A stretch of DNA of 64,000 bases from Candidatus Aldehydirespirator sp. (lineage in GTDB: Bacteria; Actinomycetota; Acidimicrobiia; Acidimicrobiales; Aldehydirespiratoraceae). A program made the position numbers and the translations under genes. Below are positions 9,878 to 19,781 of this stretch, piece by piece. The notes under the pieces are model-generated. The model worked only from the letters and a program-made list of their open reading frames with translations. It was not told the origin of the DNA and searched no databases. Numbering within the stretch: position 1 is the stretch's first letter; every line of letters begins with the position of its first letter. The stretch is taken from assembly GCA_965221215.1 (NCBI GenBank), contig OZ244872.1, positions 907,601 to 971,600 of the forward strand, given 5' to 3'.

Positions 9878-10159
9878 TTGCGACAAAACGCGGTCGCTGG
9901 GATTGGAGGCAGGCTGTTGAGCTGTGAGGTGGTGGTGCCCCAGATGGGGGTGGTGGAACAGGTGCTGGTGGTGGAATGGCTTGTCGATGACGGCTCGGCG
10001 GTGGCGGCCGGCGATCCGGTGGTGGTGATCGACACCGACAAGGCCGAGACCGAGCTGGAGGCCCCGGCATCGGGCCGACTGACCGTCCTAGTGGCCGCCA
10101 GCGACGAGGACGAGGTAGCCGTCGGCACTGTCCTGGCCACCATCGCACCGCCGGGGTGA
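9878..10159 (+). CDS. Stand-alone lipoyl/biotinyl attachment domain protein
   Basis: 93-aa ORF. VVVPQMGV...GDPVVVIDTDKAETELEAPASG contains the (E/D)TDKA lipoyl-lysine motif. An in-frame TTG at 9917 is an alternative start. Confidence 0.7.
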   Translation: MRQNAVAGIGGRLLSCEVVVPQMGVVEQVLVVEWLVDDGSAVAAGDPVVVIDTDKAETELEAPASGRLTVLVAASDEDEVAVGTVLATIAPPG

Positions 10160-10258
10160 AAGGCCTGGCTTCGCCACCGATGTCGGATCTGGGCCTGAGC
10201 AAAGCGAACAAGGGCGTGTCGTCGCGAGGCGGCTGCCACCGGTGACGGGACTGCCTCA

Positions 10259-11020
10259 ATGAGCGACATCTTCTCGTTTCAGGGTCGGGTGGCGGTGGTG
10301 ACCGGCGCGGCCGGCGGGCTCGGCACCGCCATCGTCGAAGCGCTGGCCGGGGCGGGCGCCTTCGTGGTGTGCGCCGACTCGGCGGCCGAGCCCAACCGGG
10401 AGCTGGCCCGCCGCCTCGGCGCCGACCGGGCCGAGGCCGTGACCGTGGACGTGTGCGACGAGCAGTCGGTGCAGGCCCTGAGCGAGCGGGCCGCGGCGAT
10501 CTCGGGCACCGTTGACGTGCTGGTCACCTGCGCAGGGATCGGCGGACGGGGCGCGGCGGCCACCTACGACGCCGATCTCTGGGACCGGGTGATCGACGTC
10601 AACTTGACCGGCCTCTTCCGCACCTGCCGGGCCGTCGGTAGCCGCATGATCGCGCAGCCCAACGGGGGCGCCGTCGTCAACATCGCCTCCGTGGTGGGGG
10701 CGGTGGGGCTGGCAGGCAGCGTCGGCTACCAGGCCTCCAAGGGCGGCGTGATTCAGCTCACCCGCACCCTGGCGGTGGAATGGGCGCCGCACGGCGTGCG
10801 GGTCAACGCGGTCTCGCCCGGCCATGTGGCCACCCCGCTGGTGCGCCGCCAATGGGAGACCGAGCCCGAGCTCAAGGACTACTTCGAGAGCCGCACCCCG
10901 CTGGGCCGGCTGGCCGAGCCCGACGATGTGGCCGGCGCGGTGCTGTTCCTCGCCTCGGGCACCGCCGCCATGGTGACCGGACAGATCATCGCCGTCGACG
11001 GCGGCTACATCGCGCAATAG
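10259..11020 (+). CDS. SDR family oxidoreductase
   Basis: 253 aa. It has the TGAAGGLG Rossmann motif, the YQASK catalytic block and a PGHVATP tail. Confidence 0.9.
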   Translation: MSDIFSFQGRVAVVTGAAGGLGTAIVEALAGAGAFVVCADSAAEPNRELARRLGADRAEAVTVDVCDEQSVQALSERAAAISGTVDVLVTCAGIGGRGAAATYDADLWDRVIDVNLTGLFRTCRAVGSRMIAQPNGGAVVNIASVVGAVGLAGSVGYQASKGGVIQLTRTLAVEWAPHGVRVNAVSPGHVATPLVRRQWETEPELKDYFESRTPLGRLAEPDDVAGAVLFLASGTAAMVTGQIIAVDGGYIAQ

Positions 11021-11035
11021 GGGGTCGGCGACGCA

Positions 11036-13267
11036 ATGGCCACTGAATCTGAGTCCTCACGCCCGGTGGGCGACCTCACCGGCGACTCGGCGAGCCAGGG
11101 CGACGCCATGGCTGCCCGATCTGAGCCCTCACGCCCGGGCGGTCACGCCCAGGTGCCGATCAGCGAGGCCGAGGCTCGAGCCATGCACGCCGACATGGTG
11201 CTGATCCGGGTGTTCGAGAGCCGGGTAGCCGAGCTGTTCGCGGCGGGCAAGCTGCCCGGCTTCGTCCACACCTACCTGGGCGAGGAGGCCATTGCCGTCG
11301 GGGTGTGCTCGCAGCTCTCACCCGACGACTACCTCACGTCCACCCACCGCGGCCACGGCCACGCCCTGGCCAAGGGAATGGACCCGGCGGCGCTGATGGC
11401 CGAGCTGTACGGCCGGGCCGACGGGGTCTGCCGGGGCCGGGGCGGCTCGATGCATGTGGCCGACTTCTCGCTGGGAATGCTGGGCGCCAACGGCATTGTC
11501 GGCGGCGGGTTCGGGATAGCGGCCGGCGCGGCGCTGGCCGCCCGCCACCGGGGCAGCGATCAGGTCGCGGTGTGCTTCTTCGGCGACGGCGGCATCAACA
11601 AGGGCACCTTCCACGAAGCGCTCAACTTCGCGTCGGTGCACCGCCTCGGCGTGGTGTACGTGTGCGAGAACAACCAGTACGCCCAGTTCACGGCCCGGCA
11701 GCGCACCACCTCGGTCGACGACTTGGCCGTGCGGGCCGGCGCCTACGCCATGGCCGGCGAGACGGTGGACGGCAACGACGTGGCCGCGGTGGCCGCCGCC
11801 GCGGCCCGGGCGGTCGAGCGGGCCCGCAACGGCGGTGGGCCGACCCTGCTCAACATGGAGACCTACCGTTTCGGCGGCCACTACGTGGGCGATGCCGAGG
11901 TCTACCGCGACGACGCCGAGGTGGAGGAGCACCGCCGCCGCGATCCGATCCAGCGCTGGGAGGCGGTCCTGGCCTCTAGGGGCTGGTTCGTCGACGATGA
12001 GCCCGCCGCAGTTTGGGAAGCCGCCGCCGCGGTGGTGGACGACGCCGAGGAATTGGCCGAGGCTGCCCCCTTCCCCGACCCGCAGACCGCCCTCGACAAC
12101 GTGTTCACTCCGCCGCCGTCGATACGGGTATCGCCGCCACACCTCGACCCGACGGACGGCGGTCCTCCACGGGAATCTGCTGGCCAGAGCGGCGAAGACT
12201 CAGACGACAGTCCGCCACGAGAATCTGCGGGCGACACCGGCGAAGCTCCGGCTCGGCCCGTGCCGAGCCAGGCGGGCGAGGATGTCGGCGGCGAGACACG
12301 GCGCATGACCTTCGGGCAGGCCACCGTCGATGCCATGGCTGCGGCCATGCGCTCCGACGACCGCGTGGTCGTGCTGGGCGAGGACATCTCCTGGGGCGGC
12401 AACTTCGGCCAGTTCCGGGGCCTGGTCGACGAGTTCGGGTCGGACCGTGTGATCGACATGCCCATCTCGGAGGCGATCATCGTGGCCGCCGCGGTGGGCG
12501 CGGCCACCGCGGGGCTGCGTCCGGTGGCGTCCATGAGCTTCGTGGAGTTCACGCTGGGAGCCATGGACGAGATCGTCAACCAGGCCTCCAAGTTCCGCTA
12601 CATGTTCGGCGGACAGGTTTCGGTGCCGCTGGTGCTGCGGGCCTCCGACGGGGTGCTGCGCTCCTCGGCGTCGCAGCACTCCTCCAGCCTGGAGGGCCTG
12701 TTCACCCATCTGCCCGGCCTGAAGGTGGTGGCGCCGTCCAACCCGGCCGATGCCAAGGGCCTGCTGCGCACCGCCATCGACGACCCCGACCCGGTCATCT
12801 ACCTTGAGCACAAGAAGATCACCGCCCAGCGGGGCACGGTCCCTACCGGCGACCATCGGGTGCCGCTGGGCTCAGCCGCCGTCGCCCGCCCCGGCGCCGA
12901 CGCAACCGTGGTGGCCTATTCGGCCATGGCGGCGAACGCGCTGACCGCGGCGGAGCAGCTAGCCGCCGACGGCATCGACGTAGAGGTGATCGACCTGCGC
13001 TCGCTGGTGCCGCTCGACATCGACACTGTGCTGGAGTCGGTGGCCCGCACCCGCCGGGCAGTAGTGGCCCACGAAGCGTGGCGCTTCGGAGGCTTCGGCG
13101 CCGAGCTGGCGGCCCAACTGCACGCCGAACTGTTCGGCGAGTTGGAGGCGCCAGTGGCCCGCATCGGCGCAGCCTCGGCGCCGATCCCGTTCAGCCCGCC
13201 ACTGGAGTCCGCAGTGGTCCCAGGCCCCGAAGCAGTGTCAGCCGCAGTGCACTCCATCCTGCCCTAG
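11036..13267 (+). CDS. Fused 2-oxoacid dehydrogenase E1 component, alpha (TPP-binding) plus beta (transketolase-like) in one polypeptide
   Basis: 743 aa. The N-terminal half has YLGEEAIAVG...THRGHGHALAKG...GGSMH...FFGDGGINKG (E1 alpha). The C-terminal half has MTFGQATVDAM...VLGEDI...DMPISEA (E1 beta). They are joined by an acidic Ser/Pro linker with a duplicated SPPRESAG unit. Confidence 0.85.
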   Translation: MATESESSRPVGDLTGDSASQGDAMAARSEPSRPGGHAQVPISEAEARAMHADMVLIRVFESRVAELFAAGKLPGFVHTYLGEEAIAVGVCSQLSPDDYLTSTHRGHGHALAKGMDPAALMAELYGRADGVCRGRGGSMHVADFSLGMLGANGIVGGGFGIAAGAALAARHRGSDQVAVCFFGDGGINKGTFHEALNFASVHRLGVVYVCENNQYAQFTARQRTTSVDDLAVRAGAYAMAGETVDGNDVAAVAAAAARAVERARNGGGPTLLNMETYRFGGHYVGDAEVYRDDAEVEEHRRRDPIQRWEAVLASRGWFVDDEPAAVWEAAAAVVDDAEELAEAAPFPDPQTALDNVFTPPPSIRVSPPHLDPTDGGPPRESAGQSGEDSDDSPPRESAGDTGEAPARPVPSQAGEDVGGETRRMTFGQATVDAMAAAMRSDDRVVVLGEDISWGGNFGQFRGLVDEFGSDRVIDMPISEAIIVAAAVGAATAGLRPVASMSFVEFTLGAMDEIVNQASKFRYMFGGQVSVPLVLRASDGVLRSSASQHSSSLEGLFTHLPGLKVVAPSNPADAKGLLRTAIDDPDPVIYLEHKKITAQRGTVPTGDHRVPLGSAAVARPGADATVVAYSAMAANALTAAEQLAADGIDVEVIDLRSLVPLDIDTVLESVARTRRAVVAHEAWRFGGFGAELAAQLHAELFGELEAPVARIGAASAPIPFSPPLESAVVPGPEAVSAAVHSILP
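12154..12249 (+). repeat. 48-bp (16-aa) direct duplication in the E1 alpha-beta linker
   Basis: tcctccacgggaatctgctggccagagcggcgaag at 12154 matches tccgccacgagaatctgcgggcgacaccggcgaag at 12202, an offset of 48 nt. The units encode SPPRESAGQSGEDSDD and SPPRESAGDTGEAPAR. Confidence 0.7.
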
Positions 13268-14035
13268 CTCGTTCCCCTGACCCGGCTCGCTGCTGTCGGC
13301 CCATTGGGTGGTCATGGTTCCGAAGGCTCGGTGGAAGGCGAGCATGGTTTCTTCGCAGTGGGATCCGGGGCCGCAGTGGGGGATGCCTGCTGGGCGGAAG
13401 AAGTAGGTGCCCGGCCCGGCCGTGACCATCTTGTCGGCCTCTTGCATGACGATCTCGCCTTCTATCACGAAGCATTCTTCGTGGTACCGGTGCTGGTGCG
13501 GGCTGTGGTCGCCGTGGTTCCAGCCTCGGGCGCCGCTTAGCCACACGTCGCCGACCGGGCCTCGGCCCAGGGGCTTGATGTGGCGGCCCGGCATCTCTGG
13601 GACGGGGATCCACTCCGTCTCTGCGGCCCGGCCCGGTGCCAGCTCGGCTGGCGGACCGGCAAACGTCGGGTCGTATCGCACCGGCGCCGATGTCATCAGC
13701 AGGGCCGCGCCGTCGGCGGCGACCTGCAGCGGGGGGACGTTCCGGCCCATGGGCAGATGCACGTAGTCGCCGGCCTCCAGGGTGTGCGGTCCGGCCTCGA
13801 CCGAGCCCTGGATCACGAACAGCTCCACCTCGGCGTCGAACGCGCCCCGCGCCCTCGGCCCCCAGCCTGCCCGAAGGCGCACAAGCCGGGTGCTCGAACC
13901 CTTCAGGTCGGTCGACAGGATGCGGGCCTCGAGGGCGCCGTCGATGCCGGGGATGGTCATCGATCGCACCGGCAGGGAGGCGTCGTGGATCCCGGCCAGA
14001 TGGGTGATCGTGCGATCGACTAGCGCCGGATCCAT
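13238..14035 (-). CDS. Cupin domain-containing protein (bicupin-like)
   Basis: 265 aa. It has two cupin-like segments, including HQHRYHEECFVIEGEI...GTYFFRPAGIPHGP-type motifs. It has a 30-nt convergent overlap with the E1 gene end. Confidence 0.7.
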   Translation of the reverse strand: MDPALVDRTITHLAGIHDASLPVRSMTIPGIDGALEARILSTDLKGSSTRLVRLRAGWGPRARGAFDAEVELFVIQGSVEAGPHTLEAGDYVHLPMGRNVPPLQVAADGAALLMTSAPVRYDPTFAGPPAELAPGRAAETEWIPVPEMPGRHIKPLGRGPVGDVWLSGARGWNHGDHSPHQHRYHEECFVIEGEIVMQEADKMVTAGPGTYFFRPAGIPHCGPGSHCEETMLAFHRAFGTMTTQWADSSEPGQGNELGQDGVHCG

Positions 14036-14136
14036 TGCCTCAGCCCGGCTCGCGGCGGCAGGTCGATCCCGGCGAGTCCACGGCCCTCAGTCCGGACCCC
14101 GAGCGTGGTCGGGCGCAGCGGACACTGGACTGGCGC

Positions 14137-14649
14137 TCAGGCGTCGAGCACCTGGAAGCCGGCTTCGGCCAGGTCCACCACCGGCGGCAGGGTGGACCAC
14201 GGGAAGTTGATCCACAGGTCGGTGCGCCTCCACACGTAGTCGCATTTGACCAGCGAGTGCGACTTCTCATACAGCACCGCCGAGCGCACCTCGGCCACCT
14301 CGTCGAGGCAGTAGTCGCGCACCAGCTTGAGGGTGTGGCCGGTGTCGGCCACGTCGTCGGCGATCAGGATGTTGGACTTGCGGTGGTCGACCAGGTCGAG
14401 TTGGGGGGGCAGCACCACCGGCACCTCCAACCGCTCGCCGACGCCGGTGTAGTACTCGCAGTTCATCACGTACACGTTCTTCACCGACAGCGCGTAGCCA
14501 AGCGACCCGGCGCAGAACAGCCCGCCCCGGGCGATGGCCAGGATCATGTCGGGCCGGTATCCGTCGTCGGCCACCATCTGGGCCAGCTCGCGGACACCGG
14601 TCCCGTAGAGCGCCCAGTCCATCTCCTCCCGCGCCGTGCTGTCGCCCAT
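14137..14649 (-). CDS. Phosphoribosyltransferase (purine PRT-like)
   Basis: Homology starts at ATG 14649 (MGDSTAREEMDW...), inside track ORF 14137..14919. The PRPP-binding motif is NILIADDVADTGHTL. Confidence 0.8.
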   Translation of the reverse strand: MGDSTAREEMDWALYGTGVRELAQMVADDGYRPDMILAIARGGLFCAGSLGYALSVKNVYVMNCEYYTGVGERLEVPVVLPPQLDLVDHRKSNILIADDVADTGHTLKLVRDYCLDEVAEVRSAVLYEKSHSLVKCDYVWRRTDLWINFPWSTLPPVVDLAEAGFQVLDA

Positions 14650-14804
14650 GTTTCTGCCGTCCCCTCTGGTCGTGGCCTGCGCCGTAGTTACTACTAGGTC
14701 GCGCCAACCCCCGGTGGGATGTCCTGCGAGTAGGGTGGCGGCTGGCAGATCACTCTGAGTGGCACCGGTGCCGCCCACCTCGCACCCTGGCCATGCTGGG
14801 GTGG

Positions 14805-15824
14805 TCAGAGTTCCCAGCTGGCGAAGGCGTCGATCATCATCTCGGCGTCGGGGCCCAGCGGATACAGGATGGGCGTGGTGCAGCCGTTCTCGATGTAGTG
14901 GCGCACCTTTGCCCGGCACTCATCAGCGGTGCCGGCCGCGCACAGCAACTGCACCACATCGTCGGGCACGAGATTCGACGCCTCCTTCACCTGCTCGAGG
15001 GTGGCGGGCCAGGTCAGCACCGACCCGACCTCGTCGAGCAGCGACTGCGACACCCCCGAGGCCTTCATGATGTGGGGCTGCTGGCCCAGATACTGGGTGA
15101 TCAGCATGCGACCGCCGTCTAGAGCCTCGGTGCGCTCGGCCTCGGAATCGCCAGACGCCATCGAGCACACGATGAGCTGGGGCCGGTCGAGGTCGTCGAC
15201 AGTGCGACCCACCCGGGCCGCGCCCTCGGCCAAGTGCTCCATGGCCTGGGCGTTGTACTGGGGCGACACCAGGTAGTTGAACACCACGCCGTCGGCGATC
15301 TCACCGGTGAGGGCCATCATCTTGGCTCCGGTCGCCCCGATGTAGATGGGCACGTCCTTGGGTCGGCGCTCCTGCTGCACATAGTCGAGCTCCACCCCGT
15401 CGAACTGCACGAACTCGCCGTCGAAGGTGACGCTCTGGTCGCCGAGCAGGCCGCGGCACGCCTCCACGATCTCGCGCATCGCCTTCAGCGGGCGCACCCG
15501 GCGCACTCCCACCTTCGAGGCCAGCGGCTCCCACCAGGCGCCGATGCCGAGCAGGATCCGGCCCGGGGCCAGGTCGTCGAGGGTGGAGAAGGTGGAGGCC
15601 AGCCGGGCCGGGTTGCGGGTCCAGCAGTCCACCACGCCGCTGCCGACCTTGATGGTGTCGGTCACCGCGGCGATGGCGGCCATGGGCACCACCGCGTCGC
15701 GCACCAGCCGGGAGTCGGCTTGCCACACCGCGTCGAATCCCCTGGACTCGGCGTAGCGCGACAACTCCATCGACTCGGCGAGGGTGTGGGCGTCCTGGAT
15801 GTAGAGGGCTACGGGCTGGGCCAT
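14805..15824 (-). CDS. LLM-class (luciferase-like) flavin/F420-dependent oxidoreductase
   Basis: Homology starts at ATG 15824, preceded by GAAGGAGA. The sequence [11 protein letters not shown]...[16 protein letters not shown]...ILLGIGAWW...[22 protein letters not shown] fits the LLM pattern. The upstream 78 aa of the track ORF are Arg/Gly junk. Confidence 0.85.
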   Translation of the reverse strand: MAQPVALYIQDAHTLAESMELSRYAESRGFDAVWQADSRLVRDAVVPMAAIAAVTDTIKVGSGVVDCWTRNPARLASTFSTLDDLAPGRILLGIGAWWEPLASKVGVRRVRPLKAMREIVEACRGLLGDQSVTFDGEFVQFDGVELDYVQQERRPKDVPIYIGATGAKMMALTGEIADGVVFNYLVSPQYNAQAMEHLAEGAARVGRTVDDLDRPQLIVCSMASGDSEAERTEALDGGRMLITQYLGQQPHIMKASGVSQSLLDEVGSVLTWPATLEQVKEASNLVPDDVVQLLCAAGTADECRAKVRHYIENGCTTPILYPLGPDAEMMIDAFASWEL

Positions 15825-15892
15825 GGTGTCTCCTTCGTGGGGTGCTTCGGTCGGGTGATTCGGTCTGCGGTCCTTCGGCCTGGTTCCTGGGC

Positions 15893-16987
15893 TCAGGGCA
15901 TTTCTTCTAGCTTGGCGAACAGTCTGGCGGCGGCTTCGGCCGCCTTGGCCCTGATCTCGTCGGCGTCCACCCTCACGGCCCGCCCGTCGCGCAGCACCGT
16001 CTCGCCGTCCACCGTTGCCTCCAGCGCCCGCACTCCGGTGGTGAAGGCCAGCGACCACGGGTCCATGCGGTCATACGACCAGACCACGGTGTCTTCGAGC
16101 GCCTCGGGGAACAGCCGCCAGCCGGCCTCCAGCCAACTCCAGGCCGTCTCGGGGGTGGCGGTCACGTCGTCGGAGCGGTGGCACACGTAGGCCAGCCGGA
16201 ACTCGTCGAGCATGGCCGCGCCGATGCCGTCGGTGCCCAGCGCGACCGGGTTGGGCCGGCCCGCGGGCCGGGCGTAGCCCACCGCGTTGTTCATGTTGGA
16301 GCGGGGGTTGTGCACGATCATGCCCGGCAGGTCGCGGTCGAGGTGCACGGCGTGGATGATGAGCCAGTCGTTCCGGGCCAGCGACTCCAGCCGGGCTCCG
16401 GCGGCGGCATCGGCGGTGCCCTCGGCCACATGGATGTGGACCCCGGCGCCGTGGTCGGCGGCCAGGCCCGCGGCGGCTTCCAGCGTGTCCTCCGAGCAGG
16501 TGAAAGCGGCGTGGACCCCTACGTGGCCCCGGCCCCCGGCCCGCAGGAACCGGTCGTTCTCGACCAGCCCCGCTCGGGCGCCGTCCGGTCCGTGGCGGTC
16601 GGTTACCCCGTAGCAGCAGTCCACCCTCACGCCCACCTCGGCGCAGGCCGCCGCGATCACGTCGAGCGAGCCCTCGATGGCGTTGGGCGACTCGTGGTGG
16701 TCGACGATGGCGGTGGTGCCCGACTCCAGGGCCTCCAGCGCCCCGAGCTTGGCCGACCACTCGATGATGTCGAGGTCGAGGGCCCGGTCGAGGCGCCACC
16801 ACACCAGCTCGAGGATCTCGGTGAACTCGGTCGGGGTTCGCGGCGGCGCCGGCATCCCTCGGGCCAGCGCCGAGTACAGGTGATGGTGCGCGCACACCAT
16901 GCCGGGGGTGGTCCGCTCAGGGTGCGGCCCGTTGACGGCCTGCGGGGGCGCGGCACCGCTCCGGGAATCGGCGGGGCTGCCGGTCAC
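15893..16987 (-). CDS. ssnA: SsnA-like amidohydrolase (aminohydrolase superfamily), short N-terminus
   Basis: [18 protein letters not shown]...[12 protein letters not shown]...[16 protein letters not shown]...HIHVAEG...[14 protein letters not shown]...LGTDGIG aligns block-for-block, from memory, with E. coli SsnA. GTG 16987 overlaps the stop of the upstream Mo-enzyme (GTGA). ATG 16900 is an alternative start. Confidence 0.8.
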   Translation of the reverse strand: MTGSPADSRSGAAPPQAVNGPHPERTTPGMVCAHHHLYSALARGMPAPPRTPTEFTEILELVWWRLDRALDLDIIEWSAKLGALEALESGTTAIVDHHESPNAIEGSLDVIAAACAEVGVRVDCCYGVTDRHGPDGARAGLVENDRFLRAGGRGHVGVHAAFTCSEDTLEAAAGLAADHGAGVHIHVAEGTADAAAGARLESLARNDWLIIHAVHLDRDLPGMIVHNPRSNMNNAVGYARPAGRPNPVALGTDGIGAAMLDEFRLAYVCHRSDDVTATPETAWSWLEAGWRLFPEALEDTVVWSYDRMDPWSLAFTTGVRALEATVDGETVLRDGRAVRVDADEIRAKAAEAAARLFAKLEEMP

Positions 16988-19647
16988 GGCCGGGGGGTTA
17001 CAGGCTGGTGCGTGTTGATGGGCAGGCGGTTGCGCCACTGGCCGTCCACCTGGCGCATGGCCTCGGCCACCGCGCCCGCGGTGGGCACCAGGCCGATCTC
17101 GCCCACGCCCTTGATGCCGTAGGGCGAGTCGGGCTGGGGCGCCTCCACCAGGATCACGTCCACCGGCGGCATGTCCTTGGGCCGGATGATGTCGAGCCCC
17201 CGGAGGGTGTCGAAGCGGGGCCGACCGTCGGCATCGCACGGGAAGTCCTCGCTCAGCGCATAGCCGAGGCCCATGTGGACGCTGCCCTCGATCTGGCCCT
17301 CGCACAGCAGCGGGTTGACGGCCCGCCCCACGTCGTGGGCGGCCACCACCTTCTCCACCTGGCCGGTCTGCGGATCGGCGATCACCATCTGGGCCGCGTA
17401 GCCGAAGGTGGAGTGGATCACCGGGTTCTCCAGGCCGTCGCTGAGCTTGTTGGTCCAGTCCACCCGGTACTCGCCCTCGTAGTCGACCCCGGTGAGGCAG
17501 CCGCCGGCCATCGCCGCCCGGCAGGCGTCGGCAACCGACCCGGCGCCCATCAGCGTTCCCCGCGAGCCGGTGGTCTGGCCCGCGCCCAGCTCTCGGCTGG
17601 TGTCGACATAGACCCTCACCTGGTCGGGCCGCACCCCGAGCTCCTCCACGGCCACCTGCAGGGCCACGGTGTGGACCCCCTGGCCCATCTCGGTCCAGCA
17701 GTGGCGCACCTCGACGATGGTGTCGGGCCCGGCCGGGGTGCCCGCCGGGTGGGCCGCGTCGGCCACGAAATGCACTGCGGCCCGGCTGATCTCCTTGAAG
17801 CCGTTGCCGAGCCCGGAGTTCTTGAGGCCCAGTCCGAGCCCCACGGCCTTGCCGGCCACCACCGCCTCGTCGTAGGCGCCCTTGATGGCCTGCAGGCACT
17901 CCATGGCGCCGAGGCTGCCGTCGTCCATGATCTGGCCCGGACCCCACACCGCGCCGGGGTGCACCGCGTTGCGGCGGCGGATCTCCCAGCCGCTGATCCC
18001 GGTCGCGTCGGCCAGCCGGTCGAGTGCCCCCTCCATGGCGAACTGGGCCTGGTTGGCGCCGAATCCCCTAAAGGCGCCGCACACGCTGTTGTTGGTGCGG
18101 GCCGCCACCGCCTCCACGTCCACCACCGGCACCACGTAGGGGCCGCAGGCGTGGCCGGCGGCGCGCTCGAGCACCTTCATCCCCACCGAGGCGTAGGGGC
18201 CGGAGTCGCCCAGCATCCGGGCTCGCAGGGCGGTGAGGCGACCCTCGGCGTCGCACCCCGCAGCCAGCTCGATGCGCACCGGATGCCGCTTGGGATGCAC
18301 CAGCAGCGACTCCTCACGGGAGAAGGTCGTCTTCACGGGACGGTCCAGCAGCCACGCCGCCAGCGCGGTCTGGGTCTGGTTGGAGCAGTCCTCCTTGCCT
18401 CCGAAGGCGCCGCCGTTGGCGACCTGCTCCACCCAGACGCGGCTGTGGTCGATCCCCAGCACGGCCGCCACCTGGTCTCGGTCGTCCCACACGCCCTGGC
18501 CGCCGGAGTACACGTTGAGGCCGCGCTCGCCGTCGACCACGGTGGGAACGGCCAGCGTCGACTCGGGCTCCAGGAAGGCCTGCTCCACCCGCTGGGTCTG
18601 GAAGGTCTCGCGCACGGTGTGGGCCGACCCGGCCAGTGCCTCCTCCACATCGCCGCCACGCGTGTACGAAGACACCGACAGCACGTTGCCGTCCAGCCCC
18701 CACACTGCGTCCTCGGCGCCGTCGGCCACGGCCGCGGCCGGGTCGGTGATCGGCGCCAGCGGCTGGTAGGTCACGTCGACCAGTTCCGCGGCCCGGCGGG
18801 CCGTGTCTCGGCTGTCGGCCACCACCAGGGCCATGATGTCGCCCAGGTACGAGGTGCGGCCCCCGACCGGGATGAACACCGGCCAGTCCTTGTGGATCAG
18901 CCCGATGCGCAGGTCGCCGGGCACGTCGGCCCCGGTGAACACGGCCGCCACGCCGGGCACCGCCTCGGCCCGGCTGGTGTCGATCGACACGATGTCGGCT
19001 CGGGCGTGCTCGGCCAGATGGACCGCGCCGTGGAGCATGCCGGGCGCGGTCATGTCGTCGATGTAGAGCTTGTCGCCCAGTGCCAGGTCGGCCGACTGGT
19101 AGCGGGCAGCCCGCGATCCCACGCCCCGGGCGATCTCCACCGCGGTTCCGTCGGCGCCGATCCCGTCGGCCCCAGTGGCCAGCATCTCCACCGCGTCGAG
19201 GATCTTGAGGTAGCCGGTGCAGCGGCACAGGTGGGCGCCGAGATGGCGCGAGGCCTGGTCGCGGGTGAGGTTGGCGCCGTTGCGGTCGATCAGCGCCTTG
19301 ACCCGCATGACGATGCCCGGCGTGCAGAAGCCGCACTGCACCGCGCCGGCTGCGCCGAAGGCGGCCGCGTAGCGGTGGCGCTCCTCGTCGCTGAGGCCCT
19401 CGGGGGTGACGATCTGCGCGCCCCGGGCCTTCTCGAGGGGGATCTGGCACGCCACCCGGGCCTTGCCGTTGAGCAGCACCGTGCAGCAGCCGCACTGTCC
19501 CGACGGCGAGCAGCCGTCCTTGGCCGCCACCAGGCCGAGCTCCTCCCGCAGGGCTGCCAGCAGGTGGGGGTGCTCGCCGACCCGCACCGTGGCGCCGTTG
19601 CAGACGAACTCCGTCGCCTGACCGGTGCGGTCCTGCAGGTCAGTCAT
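16984..19647 (-). CDS. Xanthine dehydrogenase family molybdo-hydroxylase with fused N-terminal 2x[2Fe-2S] domain (MOP/XdhD architecture, no FAD subunit in window)
   Basis: 887 aa. The first ferredoxin-like cluster is CSPSGQCGCCTV and the second is CGFCTPG...CRCTGY. A large MoCo-binding body follows, ending in the active-site block KGVGEIGLVPTAGAVAEA. Confidence 0.9.
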   Translation of the reverse strand: MTDLQDRTGQATEFVCNGATVRVGEHPHLLAALREELGLVAAKDGCSPSGQCGCCTVLLNGKARVACQIPLEKARGAQIVTPEGLSDEERHRYAAAFGAAGAVQCGFCTPGIVMRVKALIDRNGANLTRDQASRHLGAHLCRCTGYLKILDAVEMLATGADGIGADGTAVEIARGVGSRAARYQSADLALGDKLYIDDMTAPGMLHGAVHLAEHARADIVSIDTSRAEAVPGVAAVFTGADVPGDLRIGLIHKDWPVFIPVGGRTSYLGDIMALVVADSRDTARRAAELVDVTYQPLAPITDPAAAVADGAEDAVWGLDGNVLSVSSYTRGGDVEEALAGSAHTVRETFQTQRVEQAFLEPESTLAVPTVVDGERGLNVYSGGQGVWDDRDQVAAVLGIDHSRVWVEQVANGGAFGGKEDCSNQTQTALAAWLLDRPVKTTFSREESLLVHPKRHPVRIELAAGCDAEGRLTALRARMLGDSGPYASVGMKVLERAAGHACGPYVVPVVDVEAVAARTNNSVCGAFRGFGANQAQFAMEGALDRLADATGISGWEIRRRNAVHPGAVWGPGQIMDDGSLGAMECLQAIKGAYDEAVVAGKAVGLGLGLKNSGLGNGFKEISRAAVHFVADAAHPAGTPAGPDTIVEVRHCWTEMGQGVHTVALQVAVEELGVRPDQVRVYVDTSRELGAGQTTGSRGTLMGAGSVADACRAAMAGGCLTGVDYEGEYRVDWTNKLSDGLENPVIHSTFGYAAQMVIADPQTGQVEKVVAAHDVGRAVNPLLCEGQIEGSVHMGLGYALSEDFPCDADGRPRFDTLRGLDIIRPKDMPPVDVILVEAPQPDSPYGIKGVGEIGLVPTAGAVAEAMRQVDGQWRNRLPINTHQPVTPRP

Positions 19648-19781
19648 GGCTGCGCTCCGACATCAAGTCCGCACAATACACACATTCAAGCCCCGATCTC
19701 ACGAAAATTCTGTTGCGCTCGCTCTTGGGCCGCTCCTGGCGGCTTGTGGCGAGAGGGGAGCGCCCGGCCCGGCGCCGCCGG

